A stretch of 64,000 nt of DNA. Origin: Chrysomallon squamiferum. Its lineage: Eukaryota; Animalia; Mollusca. The notes beneath the pieces are model-generated. The model saw nothing but the letters and a program-made list of their open reading frames with translations. It made no database searches and was not told the DNA's origin. The stretch is taken from assembly GCA_012295275.1 (NCBI GenBank), contig CM022679.1, positions 25,110,001 through 25,174,000 of the forward strand, read 5' to 3'. Positions 15,173 to 30,380 of the stretch are shown piece by piece (position 1 is the stretch's first letter; every line of letters begins with the position of its first letter). The position numbers were made by a program, and so were the translations under genes.

Positions 15173-15557
15173 TATTGTGTATCTATTTTTTCATATTAGG
15201 TTTTTGATTTTCAACAAGCACTGATTGATTCATTCAGTTATCAGGCTTTGTTCTTCCTTCACATTACAGGTTTACCACACTGCAGATACAGAACCAGCAC
15301 AAAGATTAAAACCATTATTTGCCTTGTTAGCTCTGATGTGAAGATGTCTTTTACACAAATCGTCTTGCGCTATTAATTTGTAATGAGCTGAATCAGGGAG
15401 TCACTTGGTGCATTTGTCAGCTGTTGTTTTTAGTGATAGCAGTGCATGTTAGAGGTGGGTGGGTGTGTTTTTCTTATTGGTGATAGTGTGTTGTTATCTG
15501 TTTTAATCAAGCTTGTGGCTAGTTTAACTTACCTGACCTTTGTATGTAAATGTGGGC

Positions 15558-15602
<45 letters not shown>

Positions 15603-16069
15603 TGGGGTGACAGAGAGAATGTGTATATGCATGTATGTGTTAGTATGTTTATATATGTAAATATAATATGTGTTTATGTATAGGTGTAACTCTGTATATA
15701 TGTATATGTATTTATTTTATATATGAAGGGCTTATAAACATATTTATTATGTTACACATACACATACAGAAATTAACATTTACATTCTACCACCAATGCA
15801 TAACACGTATAACAAACACTTTCATAGACGATTTTTCTCACATATAAAATATTTTACACAATATAGACACAGACTCAAATATTCACACATATTCACAAAC
15901 AGACACAAGACAAACATACACGTATCCCAAATGTCATCTTCATCCAACAAAAACTGTCAGCACACCACCTTGTAGAAACATTCAACATCCACCACAATGA
16001 TTTATATACACATATTATTATTTTTTTAACCTAAACAAAACATTATAGATGAGGATATTTTTTTTTTTT

Positions 16070-16560
16070 TGGTTTGTTTGAAACGTGCAAACAACGTGAT
16101 GAATAATTAACATTTTCATTCGCCCGCCTTCTGTTGATTCCAACAACCATCGAGCAATTCCCTTCTGAGGACCCGGGACCATGTGTGAACCAGGTAATGT
16201 CCGAGATGACAATAAGTTAACGCTCGACTGCACACACCTTTTTTTTTTCTTCACATCAGGCTTCGTTTGTCGAGCCATCGCGGTACGACAATAATGTTAC
16301 AAGTGTTTGTCATCGCCACAGTAACAGCTCTGGGTGCTTGTCTGCTTTCATTCATTAATAATTAACCGTGTGATCAGTGATTGGCTGAGACGTCGCAGGT
16401 CCCAATCACACACCTGTCGTAATGTTACTATGACTTTTTACTACAGGTGAGAAATGTGAGTGTGTGCGACACACCTGACTTGAACTAACACAAGGTGGTC
16501 GGTCGCTTGATTGACTTTCTCGAATTTCTTGAGCAGGTTTTTTTTACATTTATATATCTA
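16070..16560. promoter_or_regulatory. CpG-richer, complex-sequence island; candidate promoter or enhancer
   Basis: There is a visible excess of CG dinucleotides over the flanks and clustered CACCTG/CAGGTG. A donor CAG|gtaatg lies downstream near 16868. Confidence 0.35.
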
Positions 16561-18181
16561 TCTGTATCTTCAAAAAGCTATAAAACTCGGGAATGAAACT
16601 GTTTTGTCGTCCAGTTCAGGGCATGGGATACGTTTGATATGTACTGAAGCAATGTGGTGCTATACAGAGGTGTGTGTGGGTTTTTTTTTGGATTAACTTG
16701 AGAGTGTTTTTGTACCAGATGTGAAAAAACAAAACACCAACCCAGAGATAAAACAGTCTTGCTGTCCAGTTTGGTGTGTTTCTGAATGGGATGTAGTTGT
16801 TGTGTTGTACGGGAAATTCTCTCAATATTTGTTTGACTGGTGGATAAGAGTTCCTAAAATGTAAACAGGTAATGTTAAATCTTTAATTATAATGGTTTTA
16901 TAATCATTGATTAATTTTTAAAAATAAAATTAAAACTTTTTATTTAGTCTTAAATGTATATTATATATTCACTCACAGTGACCCATATTACTAGGCCTAT
17001 TTATTAAACATCATTAATAGTATTTTATACACGCACACACACACACACACACACTTATTAAAAAATGTCCAAACATACTTTAATATAGATATATATACAC
17101 ACATATAGTGATATACAAATATTAATAATACACATATTCTTACATATATACACATGACCTAAAAACATTTACATGGCATATATATATATATATACTGATC
17201 TATACTTGTATTGACTTTTGCATATGGTTCATTTGTTCCAAACACACACACACACACACACACACACATAAATAGGCAAAAGGAAGCCCATTAACATTAC
17301 TGTCAACCTGTTTCTGGTACTTTGATACCTGATCACTTCCTGTAACTAGCCCAGGTAACTCACATACCTGGAAGTTCAGCAGTGTACATTTGAGGTCACA
17401 CAGGTATCGTTTTTCATTTCGGTCATAAGACATTTACAAATTACACACATTTTTTTCTATAAGGTAAGTTCTAAAATTAGGATGGGCCATCTGTACTACT
17501 TAGAATAAGAAATAGCCTGGTATGTACATTGAAATATTTTGATATCTAAATTAATTTCTCCTTGATTCATTATTATAACCATTTCCAGGTAAACTGGCTA
17601 GTTTGGAGTCACTGATTGGAATGGGAAATAAAAATAAAAATAAATGTTTTTCATTAATGGACATACTTTTTTAGACATTACAGAGTAATTAGAATGTAGA
17701 AATATTTTTAAAATATTACATTTTTCTTTCTTTTTTTCATTTTTTCTTTATTCTTATCCCTACTCTTTCTTTCTCTTCATCTTTCTCCTTTCCTTCTTTC
17801 TCTCTTTGTTTCTATCTTTTGTCACTGTATTTTCGTAATTAGTTTAAATTAATTTTTTTTGTTTGCTTAGATGCTGCAGTATATCCAGTACAGAACTGCT
17901 AATTAGATGCTAGATTTATAAATATTAATTAAGTACCAAAATAAACTTGATTATTAAAGTGCAGTATCACAGTATGTATTAAGACATTGTATAAAGCTTG
18001 TGTGATTCTTTTCTCCATTCTTGTTCTTGTCCTGACATTTTATGTTTTATTGTTTATTGACTGCAGCAGTTTTACCTTTTTTAACTAATTAAGAATTTCT
18101 AAAACCATGACAGAGGTATTGTGTGGAATAAGAACATGTAAGGACTTTATTTAGAGACAATATGTGTTTTGGTTTTTTATA

Positions 18182-18230
<49 letters not shown>

Positions 18231-18304
18231 ATATACATACACACATATATATATATATACATATATATACATATATATACATACACACAACACAAACACA
18301 AACA

Positions 18305-18348
<44 letters not shown>

Positions 18349-18422
18349 TGCATGAAATTTTTGTTTGTGTATTTTGAGAGAGAGATAGAAAGAATTAGAG
18401 AAAGAGAGATAGAAAGAGAGAT

Positions 18423-18493
<71 letters not shown>

Positions 18494-19136
18494 ATGAAAG
18501 CTTGTTAGTTAGAAAAAGGATGACACATTATAAAAAATAGGCTGGCTAACTGTGAAATGTCCACCCAGCTGTAAGTTTTCAACTAGAAAACAAAAGTTCA
18601 TTGACAGGACTCAGTGTCAGGGTGTTTTTTCTCAGATGTTTCAGACACAGTAGACCCAGTTTTAGAAATATCAATTACAAGATATTTTAAAATCGGATCT
18701 TTTATCTGGCTTTAAAAATATCAGCACAAGCTTTATTTAGAAACTCGCTGTACAGATATTTATATAAAGCTGTATTTTCCTGAAAAGAAAGGCATGAAAT
18801 AGGTTATGCAGGTTTGTATAGAAATGCTTTTCAGTTTTAAAGGTTTTAATATATATATATGCTTGTGTGTGTGTGTGTGTGTGTATGTGTGTGTGTGTAT
18901 ATATATAAGCACATATATACATATATATACATCTGTGTGTGTGTGTATATATATACATAAACACTTATGTACTTGTGTATATATATACACACACATATAT
19001 ATTTTTTTTATTTTTTGTTAATTGTGTAAACTGAAAAGTAGTTTTGTTATTAGTTTTATAATGATGAATTGTTTGCCTTTATCATAAAAAAATCAAACAA
19101 AAGTAACATTGTTAAGGTGTCAGATTTATTGATATC

Positions 19137-19167
<31 letters not shown>

Positions 19168-19636
19168 CCTTTTTTATTTTATTTTACTATGCAGTAATAG
19201 AATGTTTGTGGAAGAAAAAAAAAATGTTTAACACACTCCACTAACTGTATCACTGCGAGTTCAAATTATTTTGAACATAATTTTGATTATTCAAATGTTC
19301 AGCATCATTATTTATATTTTATAAACATTGTGTCTTAGCAGTACTTTAGAAGTCAAAAAGATGATACAGCTGGCACTAATCAGAAATCCATTTGGTTTTC
19401 AAACACAGTGTTTATTAATGTTACATAAATATACCTTATGCTTATTATTAATTTTATGATGTGTAAAAAAGTTTTATTACATCCGTCAGTGAACTTGATA
19501 TATTTGCAAACTGTGTTTTAGGAGAAAGCTGTGATGCTTGTTATGGGAATACCCAGCCACAACAATTTATGTTTGTTGTGGGTGACTAAAGATTGTAAAT
19601 ATGTTAAAAAAAAAAAATTGTAACTTTTGCCCCTCT

Positions 19637-19872
19637 GATGAGAGGACACCTGCAATGTAGATAACATTTTTGCTCAGCCCCCCCCCATGGGTGTCCTTAC
19701 AAAACAGGCATTACTGTATAATTAATTATTTACCTGTGTAAAATGGCCTGGCACACATATTTACAATGTGTTACCACGGTCATGAATAATCATCTCAGTG
19801 GTCCGTATCAGTATTCAATAAATCTACCTTACAAATAAAAGGTAACAGTATCTGCATTCCCACAGAGACTGT
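19637..19872 (+). repeat. ~240-bp dispersed repeat, copy B; its first ~80 bp resembles a Tc1/pogo-type MITE end (ACTG|TA)
   Basis: It aligns by eye to 14644-14892. Confidence 0.88.
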
Positions 19873-19889
19873 CACTGGCCAAAGATGCA

Positions 19890-20170
19890 TTTTAATGTAT
19901 GCAGATTAAATATCAATTTTTATGCCACATAACATTAAATATCAGTATCAGTTTCATACTGAATGTATGACACATGCTGATTAAATATCGGTTTTATACT
20001 TAATATATGCCATATGCAGATTAAATGACAAATTTGTGCTGAATGTAGATTAAAATATCAGTTTTATTCTGAATGTATGACACCTGCAGATTAAATATCA
20101 CTTTATTCTGAATGTATGCTGTGTACAGATTAAATATCAACTCTGTTTGCTGAACATAATCTGCACATTG
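19890..20170. repeat. Degenerate ~39-bp minisatellite
   Basis: Recurrent gaatgtatg...gcagattaaatatca..tttatt.ct. Confidence 0.8.
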
Positions 20171-20264
20171 AAAAACAATTTCTATAATTTCATAATAATC
20201 TGGCTCATTGTATGTTAGTTCTGCAGTTGGCAAGAAAAATAATTAATTCATTTATAATTTATAA

Positions 20265-20307
<43 letters not shown>

Positions 20308-20491
20308 AGCTGAAACCTTTCATAATGTAATTGCTGATTTGGTCCTGCGATTATTTTTTTGAAAATCTATTTATGTATCAGGAACAAATGAAGACCCATT
20401 TTTAAATAATCAGTAAATGAAAAAACAGTTTTTAATTATTATTTTTTATTTTTATTATTTATTATTATTGTTATTATTATTATTATTATTG

Positions 20492-20523
<32 letters not shown>

Positions 20524-21043
20524 GTTATTATTATTATTATTATTATTATTAATTAATTTTATAATTTTTCTTTCATTTGATTTGTGTCTGAACATTTATA
20601 GATACAAAAAATCCTTACAAACTGAGCCTGAAATAGTACAGTCTCTGTATAGAATTATGGTATTATTCTGTTTAAATATTCATCAACTGCTAGTTAGCTG
20701 TACACACGTATTGTCATCTACTCATAAACTCAGATAATACTCATTGTATTTATTTCATCATGGACAATGCAGTGAGTATTAAATAAGTAATTATTTCATA
20801 TCACCGAAATTTCCCCGATGAAATAAATTTAATTTCTTGGTGTTTACAATGAAGTAGTTAGCAGTATGAAGGCACACAATAGGATTTTCTCTGATGCTTT
20901 CATGTAAAATAATTTTTTATTTATTTCCTGATAAATCATCTTGGATTAGGAATACAAATAGTAGTAAATAAGTTATTAATGTGTGAGAAAGGGATGGGTT
21001 TCATGGTTATAAATTCTGTTAAATATATATGTATATATGTTTG

Positions 21044-21088
<45 letters not shown>

Positions 21089-21386
21089 GTTTAGCATTTT
21101 GAATATTCTCTGTATATGTACATCTAAAAAGACTGCACATAGACAATATTCAGAAATGCATTGGCACAGGAGAACAAAGTCCAATCACAACCTCACAAAC
21201 TCCATCAGATGCTGCTAACAATACTGGAACGTATGGCACCCATTTGCCTGCACTCTTAAGGCTGACAAAGTTACCATTTGGCCATGAAGACAACCCTAAA
21301 AAAGGTTGCTTAATAACTGAGGGTAATCATTGCTATCCCCAAAACACACTGTTCTTTTGTCTTTTGTCATTTTTACTATTTCGTAA

Positions 21387-21417
<31 letters not shown>

Positions 21418-21851
21418 TGTATGTATGTGTAAACAGTATGTTTTATGTGTAGTAATGTGTATTTCGTGTCATTCTATGATTAACTAACAACACAAAACAG
21501 TATTAAATAATTTACTATTTCGTAACACTTGTATCTCCCTAGTGTAATTTGTTTCAAATCTGCCTTTAAAATTTGAATTGGTTTTCAAATCAAAATCTTT
21601 ATGCATTATTAATTTACTTTTTCTTGTTGTTCAAAATAAGGTCTCGTTAAACTGACACTAAAATGAATATTTCATGGATATTTAAAGAATTTTGTTTTCA
21701 AAATTCATTATTTTTTATTTTTAATGTCCATTTACATTTCAGTTAAGCCACTGATTTAAGTAAAAATAAATGAGGTACAATAATAACTGATAGAAAAAAC
21801 AAGAATAATGTTTACTAAAAAAAAACATACATGCCCAACAATAGTAACAAC

Positions 21852-21882
<31 letters not shown>

Positions 21883-22566
21883 AACAAAATCCATAAATTA
21901 TAATAACAGCAAACAACATACTTGCACATAAACAAATACATACACACAAACACATGCACATTAACATACACACACACACACATTCAAACACAAAAAACAA
22001 CAACAACAAACAACAACCCAAAAGCATAATAAAATAGCAGTAACAAAAAAGAAAGTAAATTAATAAAACCTATCCATATTGGTCTCAACAATGACAGCGA
22101 TAACAGGTTTTTTTCCTAACAAAGAATGTTAAAGAAATAAATATATTAAAAGCAACTACACTTGAACTTAAGTTATAATATGTATGTGTGAATAAGTGCA
22201 AATAACTAGTTTTTAATGTATGATTTATGTTTGTGTGTCTGTCTGTGTGTGTGTGTGTGTGTGTGTCTGCTTGTGTATAATTACAATTTAAAAACAAAAA
22301 TTTTACAATTTAAAAACAAAAATTTTACATTTGCTCTAATTAAATTTGCACAAGTTAGTTAAGAGATGAAAATCAGCACTTCTGTAATATTTCTCCATCA
22401 TTTTGTTCTGTGACTGATTTAATAGAAATGTAATGAAACCTCCCAACAGTCTGATGCTGTGATGCAACCAATGTTCCCTTATAACAACAAGAATCCCTTG
22501 ACACAACCAATGATCTCTTCATGTAAATAACAAAACTCTGGTATAATGAGGATTTCCTTTATGTAT

Positions 22567-22840
22567 AACCAACAACCCTTTAACAAAACCAACAATCCTT
22601 TCACAAATCCAACAATCCTTTGACATAACTGAAAATCCTTTGACAAAACCAACAATCCTTTGACATAACTGATAATTCTTTGACATAACTGTCAATCCTT
22701 TCACAAAACCAACAATCCTTTCACAAAACCAACCATCTTTTGGCAAAACAAACAATCCTTTGACATAACTGACAAATCCTTTGATGTAACCAACAATCCT
22801 TTCACAAAACCAACAATCCTGTAACAAAACCAAACAATCC
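22567..22840. repeat. 20-bp minisatellite, ~13 copies, decaying leftwards to ~22465
   Basis: Consensus aaccaacaatcctttcacaa / aactgacaatcctttgacat. Confidence 0.92.
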
Positions 22841-23112
22841 GTTGCAGAAATAGAATGATCTTGTTTCATGTTATCGTGTTTTTTCTCTGTGTTTTTCACA
22901 GAAAACTTACTCTAGCTTGACAACAGTGAAGCTGAACAACAAAAGACATGAAATATTTATTTTCCCCTGACAGGACAACTCATGATATTCTGTGTGTGTG
23001 TTGTTTTTTTGTGGATCAAGTGCTTAGAGTCTGGCTATGAAAATTAATTAATAATGCCAAATCTAATGTAACATTTTAATGTTGTTGTTTTTTTTTTCTT
23101 TTCTCTCCATAG

Positions 23113-23167
23113 ACTATAGAAGAACTGGCCTAATCCAGAAACCTTTCACATATGCTGCTCAAAAAAG
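23113..23167 (+). other. Candidate small upstream (5' UTR) exon
   Basis: A long pyrimidine tract plus ccatag acceptor and an AAG|gtaagc donor lie 55 nt apart. There is no transcript evidence. Confidence 0.35.
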
Positions 23168-25532
23168 GTAAGCACAGACAAACCATTGTTTTGTATTCTT
23201 TTTCCAAGTGTTTCTAATGTGGACAGATGGATGGATGGTCAGACAGACAGATATGTGTTAATTATACAGAAAGTTATACTCAGACTGTCAGGGATACAGA
23301 CACAGATATATCGATGAATAGATAGATAGATATGAAGCTAGCTTGACAGATATATGTAGACACACAGTTGTATAGTGATAGATGAATAGATGGATGTAAC
23401 TGCTACATCAATCAGTCAGTCTGCAGGCAGATATGAAGGTAGACAGATACACAGAAAAACAGACATATATAAATAAGTTTGGAGAGTGAGCACGAGTGAA
23501 AGTAAGCCAGATAGACATGAATTATGTCCCATATTTTTATTACAATCTCCAAGTTTGGCTGAAATGAACTGATGTCCTGGATAATTCATTCTTTAATAGA
23601 TGGACATAAAAAGATGGATGGATGGATAGATGGATGGATGAATGGAAGGGTGGATAATGAAATGCTGGAAGGATAAATTTGTTTAAATATGTTTGCCTGA
23701 CTGGTGTGTATGAATTCTTGTACTGGAGAGTGAGGAAATGAAGGTGAATGACCTGTAATAAATACCTGGAGATTACAATGAAAAACGGATTCAGTACTGA
23801 CACACAACATAACATGTTTTGTTATGTGTGGAGTTAATAATTTACTTCCATTGACTTTTAGGTTTTCAAGTCAGTCTTATTTACATCCCTTGTTGAATCA
23901 CACCCATCCACTGGGCTTTCTGCAGATGTTAAAAGAACTATCAGTGTTCTTTCTTGTCTTTCTTGTCTTTCACTTTAAAACTTGTTATAAATTATTGTAT
24001 TTTTTGTTTTCTATTTATTTCAGTTTTGTTCTTTCTTTCTTTCCGTTTATCTTTCTATCACTATCTTTTCATTCTTTAAACCTTTCTTTCTACTTTTTTC
24101 TCTCTCTGAATATATATGTATCTGTTATCCAACCATCCATCCATCCATCTAATCCAGTCCAATCTATTTAATGTGTCTGCCTATCTATCTCTCTGTCTAT
24201 CCTTTTCTTAAGGGTATCTAACTACATTGAAAATTACTTTAAACAACAACAACAAAACAATAATATTATGCAAAGTTCTTGTTGATTTGCACACTTCATC
24301 AGGGCATACCCATCATTTTCATGTTGTTTTTAGTCTCAAAATAAGGCTTGAAATTCTACATTTCAGACACACCAGTAATTTCAGTTTGTGAAAGAACTGG
24401 AAGGTCACATATATTTGTATTTTAAGTGACTATCTGTTTCTGATGTTGTTTTCTAGAAGCTTGTTCCTGCTAGCCATGTGTCTTGCTTTAACACTTTGCC
24501 ATCACTAACTGTTTTATCTGCTTTTGATTAGAAAATGGCTGCTTCTGCAGTCTGTGTAAGTGACTGTAATTAACAGTTTTTAAATTGCCCTTGATAAAAC
24601 TGGAAGAAAACACCTGATGTTTCTGCCTGAACAGTTCTTTTGTTATAGTTCTGGCATCATGTGGAATAACAATAAAACGTGCAAACAGGAAAAAATCAGG
24701 TGATTCAGGGAGGCTTTTTTCCCTTTAGTCTAAAAGTGTTCTAACTAGTGAACATAAAGGCATATCTACATAACTCATAATAATAGTTAAAGGTTATTGT
24801 ATATTAATTCTGCATAATGATGTTTTGAAAGAGGAAATACATAGATGTTAATAAATAGATAGGCTGCTTCCATCAGTAAAGGGCTAACCATATATATATA
24901 TAAATAGATAGATAGGTAGATAGAAATACTTACATACACATACACCCATCCATACACACTAGTACACACACATACAAACATATCTTTCCATCATCTAGAA
25001 AAAAACACACCATGGATTTAAAGATAGCATTATACAGCAGTGGTTGGAATGAGAAATACTCTAATATTCAGTGAATGCCTTAAAGCAGATTGATTGTGTG
25101 TACCATTTCTCAGTCCACTATTCTAGCTGTGGATCTACAGCCAGTAACACTGGTTATACTGGACCTGTATCTAAACACTGGCTTCTCTCCAGATCACATT
25201 AAAGTCATCTAGTTTTTAGAAAACTGATTCACTGATACAGATAACTTAAACTGAGATTAACTTCTGGACAGTGAAGAAACATGAAATATCTGTTAATTTT
25301 CTGCTCACAGTCACTGATTTAGCTTCTTTTTTTTCTTCAGGTATGTAAATATATATTTATTATTCTATACAAATTACTCATCCACATATATTTTCAAATT
25401 ACATGAAGAAACCTTTTTTCTCGGATCAGAACATTAGCCTTAAAATTAATACTGGGTTAAAAGTTAAGTCTTCTTAAAATTAATACTGGGTTAAAAGTTA
25501 AGTCTTTATTAAGTATGTGAGCACTATACACA

Positions 25533-25601
<69 letters not shown>

Positions 25602-26404
25602 CCTCCCTCCCATCTCTATAACTGATCATTTTACACACTATCAAACTACCACTGTATTTCTGTATGATTTGAAGTGATCGCAACAGTTTGTCTTTATACT
25701 GGATTGGAACCAAAATTGACTGCATTTTGTAACAGAAATTCAATGTTGATATTTAGGTATCTACACAGATGTATTCATCCACACATGTTCTTGTTCCTTT
25801 ATCTTGCACCATTTCTTCAGTCCTCTTCATGATTCTTTCCTCTCAGTCATGGCATCTTTCTGTGTGATGAACTGGTCTAATCACTACAAACTTTTGTCCC
25901 AACCCACCCAATAGTTTTTGATGTGTCTTTTGATGATTGAGGCCTTGAATGCAAATAAAATTTCTGTTCTTGAGATGACAATAAAGACTCTTACATTACT
26001 ACAAAACAGAAGAGCAAAATCAAAATTTCAAATGGTTTATTTATTAATTAATAACCAAACAGTCTACAGATACATTTCTTTTCTTTATTAATTTTATATA
26101 TATTTTTTTTCAACGTGACTGGACATAACCCCAGCCCTAAATGAAAAAATCGGATAACAATGGGAGATTTGTGGGCAGCAAGCAGATAATTAATGTTGTG
26201 ATTAGTTTTAGATTGTAGCAAGTATTTCAATTTACCGAGATTACTGCAGGGTGAAAAGTGAATCAGTAAGCAGTGGAAGGTGACCTGGCCTTTGAGACAG
26301 TAATTGAAGGAGAGCCGGAGTCAGTAATGAAAATGTGTAATTTAGTTGTAACAGGAGATAGACGACATTTAACTATCACTGCGCTTTATTACTGGCTTAA
26401 TACA

Positions 26405-26442
26405 CGTGTGTGTGTGAGTGAGTATTGTGTGTGAATGTGTAT

Positions 26443-26481
<39 letters not shown>

Positions 26482-27665
26482 TTTGTGTCTATATATTATC
26501 TCTTTGTGTTTGTGTTTGAGTGTGTATGTTTGTGTGTGTGTGTGAGTAAGTGTTGTGTGTGTGTTTGTGTGTGTGTATGAGTATGTATGTATTTGTGTTT
26601 GTGTGAGTGAGTATTGTCTGTGAATATGAATGTGTGTTTGTGTATGTTGTGTGTGTATGAGTGTGTGTGTGTTTGTGCATGCATGTGTGTATGTTTTAGC
26701 ATGGATTACAAATGGACCAGTATATATCATACAGACATACAACACACAAACACAGCTACAGAGACAATTACAGACCCATCCAAGCATGTGTTCATCCATA
26801 GCTGCCTACCTACATAATACTTACATATATCTGTATGTACTTACCTATCCATCTCTCTATCTGTCTATATTACAAAGACACACAAACATACACAAATCCA
26901 TGCAAGCATACATAAACAAACATACCCACACACACACATACATTCATTACATACATACACACAAAGACATGCATTCACATAACACATACAAACACACACA
27001 CACACAACATACAGAAATATTCACACAACATACAGTAACACAAACACAAACACAAACACATACACTCATGTGGGTCTGCATAATTATTTATCATATAAAG
27101 ATTTTCAAGAGCTACTACATACTTTTACAGTAGATAAAAAAAAGAAAAAGTTCACCTCATTATTCTTCACCCAGCAATTTTTATGTCAGTATGCCATGAC
27201 ATTATCCATAAATCAATGAATGTTTGCAGTAATACACCAGTCTTACAAATAACTGTAATTCTAACTTTTTAAAATGATGTATTTTCTTTGTATCAAAACC
27301 TAATAATTAGATTATGTGCATGTCTGTACATGAGGAGTTTTGTGTGTGTTTGTGTGTGTGTGTGGGGGGTGGGGGTGGGTGTTTGTGTGTTCGTTTATGT
27401 ATGTTTATGATTGAGTATATGTGTATGTGTATGTATGTGTTGTGTATTTTTGTACACAAATGTAAGAATATGTATGTTTGTGCCTCTTTTTGTATGTGTA
27501 TGTAATTTTGCATGCTGTCATATAGGTATGTATATATGGGTGTAAACTTTATGTGTATGTTTTTGTATGTAAGTGTAAATGTGTGTATTTTTGTGTATGT
27601 GTGTGTATATATGTCTGTATATGTGTTTGTGTGTGCACACGTGCATCTGTTTGTATGTGTGTTTT
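26405..27665. repeat. Degenerate TG / CA / TG low-complexity blocks
   Basis: TG-rich 26405-26695, CA-rich 26870-27065 and TG-rich 27340-27665. Confidence 0.9.
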
Positions 27666-28871
27666 AGTGTCTCAGATTTATATCACACTTTTATGTTTAC
27701 TTTTCTAGTTTATTACAACTGGTCACTGATCTGACCTGCAGCTTGAACCCTGCAGACAGACAGACAGACAGACAGACAGAGAGACAGACAGACAATCTCC
27801 TCACACTGAAATGTATCAGCTGTAAAGAACAGAATTCTAGAACCAGTGTGAGGTGTACCTGTCCATTGTTATCTCTCAGTCCTGTCCATCCCAGGATGTT
27901 TACAAGTAGTCTAATAAAGTAGAACAGAGATGTAGTAAATACCTTGTCACCATGGTTACAGCTGATTGACCCCAGGTTATATTATGTTTGTTTAAAAGTA
28001 AATACCCATGTGAAAACCTGGTGGCCATTGTTATTGCTGATTGAATTACAGAAGTATGTTATAATATTTTGTCATGTAGTTATGGCTGGCTGAAGTATAG
28101 AAGTGGATCAGAAAATGGTGGCACAATGGATTTTCTCTGTTGTTATTCTAGTCATATTAGCCATGTTTCCAGTGCTGTATAAATAAATAATAATTTTTTT
28201 TTTTTTTTTAAACTAAAAATAAAAATATGTTTTGATATATTATGAAATAAAACATTTCTTTTCTTCTATAAAAATAACATAAAAGGTGGAGAACATGGAT
28301 CAAAAATAAACAGATGACCTTTACATGATAACTGACATTTGGCTGAAATTTGATTATTGATAATCAGGTATTTCTTAATGTAGAAACATTCCTTAAATTT
28401 TTATATAGTATATATATATATATAGATGCATCAAAAATAGACTTTTAAGAAACAGATTGAATATAAATAAATATTCCACATATGCACTGATATCAGATGA
28501 GCAACATTCTGAAATTGTTATCTTTATTCAGTGGATCAAGAAAATGTAAGTTTTGCATGTTTTTAACCTGTTAAGATATGCTTTTTCATGATTTCTCATC
28601 AAAACATTCTCTCTAATGAATTTACATATATCAGTATAGAGATACTGTATAATTGCTTATATCACAGAATTATTCTGATTTTGACATTCTTATTAACAAA
28701 GGAGTTGATTATGTGGGTAATTTCTGCCATGTTTTTGTGAGGCCCTAACTTTGACATCACCAGACAGCATTGCCCAAGACATGGTGTGGATGTAGGCAAA
28801 GTTTGGCAAGATTCCATTGGAGAACTGTTTTAGCACCCCTTTCACAGAGATAACCTTTCTGAGCATTCAGT

Positions 28872-29062
28872 ATACATGGCAGGATAGATTTTTGTATTTA
28901 TACTTTTTTTTATAATATTTCTTAATTGTGATGTTTAGTGCAGTAGGTGTCAATAATTAATCATACCAGTATATATGACAGGATATGTTTCTGTATTACT
29001 TACTTTTTACAATATTTTTTAATTGTTGGGATGCTTAGTGCAGTAGGTGTTGATAATTAAAC
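28872..29062. repeat. Two-copy ~100-bp tandem duplication
   Basis: caggata...gatg(t/c)ttagtgcagtaggtgt..ataattaa occurs twice. Confidence 0.8.
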
Positions 29063-30064
29063 ATGTCTTTAATGGCCATCACCTCTGAACCTCAGCAGGG
29101 AGCTGTGTACAAAACCTGAGTCCTGTTAAAACAACTCTGATATTTATCTCTTTAAGTAGCTGCAACAAAAGATGCCAGGACTAATTGTTATGTAAACTGT
29201 GGTGTGAGACCTCTGCTATTTACTTCTGAAACAATGCAGTTTTTTGTTTTGTTTTGTTTCTTTTTTTTTGTTTTTTTGTTTTGCCTTGGGGCTTATTTGG
29301 GATTTGACAGATAATGGAATAAGAAGGTCAGAATGCACTTAAATTGAAATCAGAGCAATCTGCCAATTTTTTAACATGTATTTATATTTAACTGCCTCGT
29401 TGCAAAGTCTTGGCTGTGTGCATCAGCTACTACAGACCTCACCATGTGCATGCTGTAGTAGATAAGCTGTCTTTGATAGGGTAATTATGAACATTATCTA
29501 TTACTTCTGTATCACAGCATTTTCAAAGAGTCTAATCATTAATATCATTAAGTTCAAATATTAAGTTTCCAGATAACATCAAACTTTTTTCAGTTTATAG
29601 GTCTAACGTATCTGCAGATTAACTGAAAGTGTTTACATGTGTTTAGTTACCTTCTGTATTTTTACATACAGTTATATATAATTTGTTTACAATTGTATCA
29701 CATATTTATTGATAATAATTCAAAATTAGTCCATAAACACAATAAAACATGTTTTTTAAATCTGTTATTATAAGGTGTTTCATGAAAAAGATCATGCTGT
29801 TACAAAACAAGCAACTTATTTTCATTTAGAAGAAAGAAATATTTTATTATAAACCTGCTTACTCATAGAGTTGAAGATAACATACAGTGGTCTTTTATTA
29901 AAAAATATGGATCCAAATCTAGAATTGAAAATAGCCAAACGAAAGCACTGATAAGGAATAATTTGGAACTTAGAATCACTCAGCCATAGATAATTAGCAA
30001 GATTAATTAAAATAAAATGCTAAAATTAAAAATTAATTAGCAACTGTAACTGAAATAAACTGAC

Positions 30065-30380
30065 TCAAAAACATGAGAAACAGTTGAGAAATCTGTATCA
30101 GTAATTAAAATATAGTAATTAACTTAAAAACTTTAGAAACTGTTGAGTAATTGATGTCAGTAATTAACTTAAAAACATGAGAAACTGTTGAGTAAGTTGT
30201 ATCAGTAATTAAAATACAAAAACTTTAGAAATTTGAGTAAAACATGAGGAACTTTTGTAAGTTGTATCAGTAATTAACTTACAGTAATTAACTTAAAAAC
30301 ATGAGAAACTGTTGAGTAATTTGAGTAGCAATTGAGTTAAAAACATGAGGAACTGGTGAGTAAGTTGTATCGGTAATTAG
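30065..30380. repeat. Degenerate ~45-bp minisatellite
   Basis: Recurrent aaaaacatgagaaactgttgagtaagttgtatcagtaattaactt. Confidence 0.85.

Noticed and set aside
22519-22899. 126-aa repetitive ORF (CERIVGFVKG)
   Set aside because: It derives from a 20-bp minisatellite whose unit is not a multiple of 3.
26405-27665. Large fold-back potential of the TG/CA blocks as a structured RNA
   Set aside because: The complementarity is the trivial result of opposite-strand dinucleotide repeats, which occur throughout the window.
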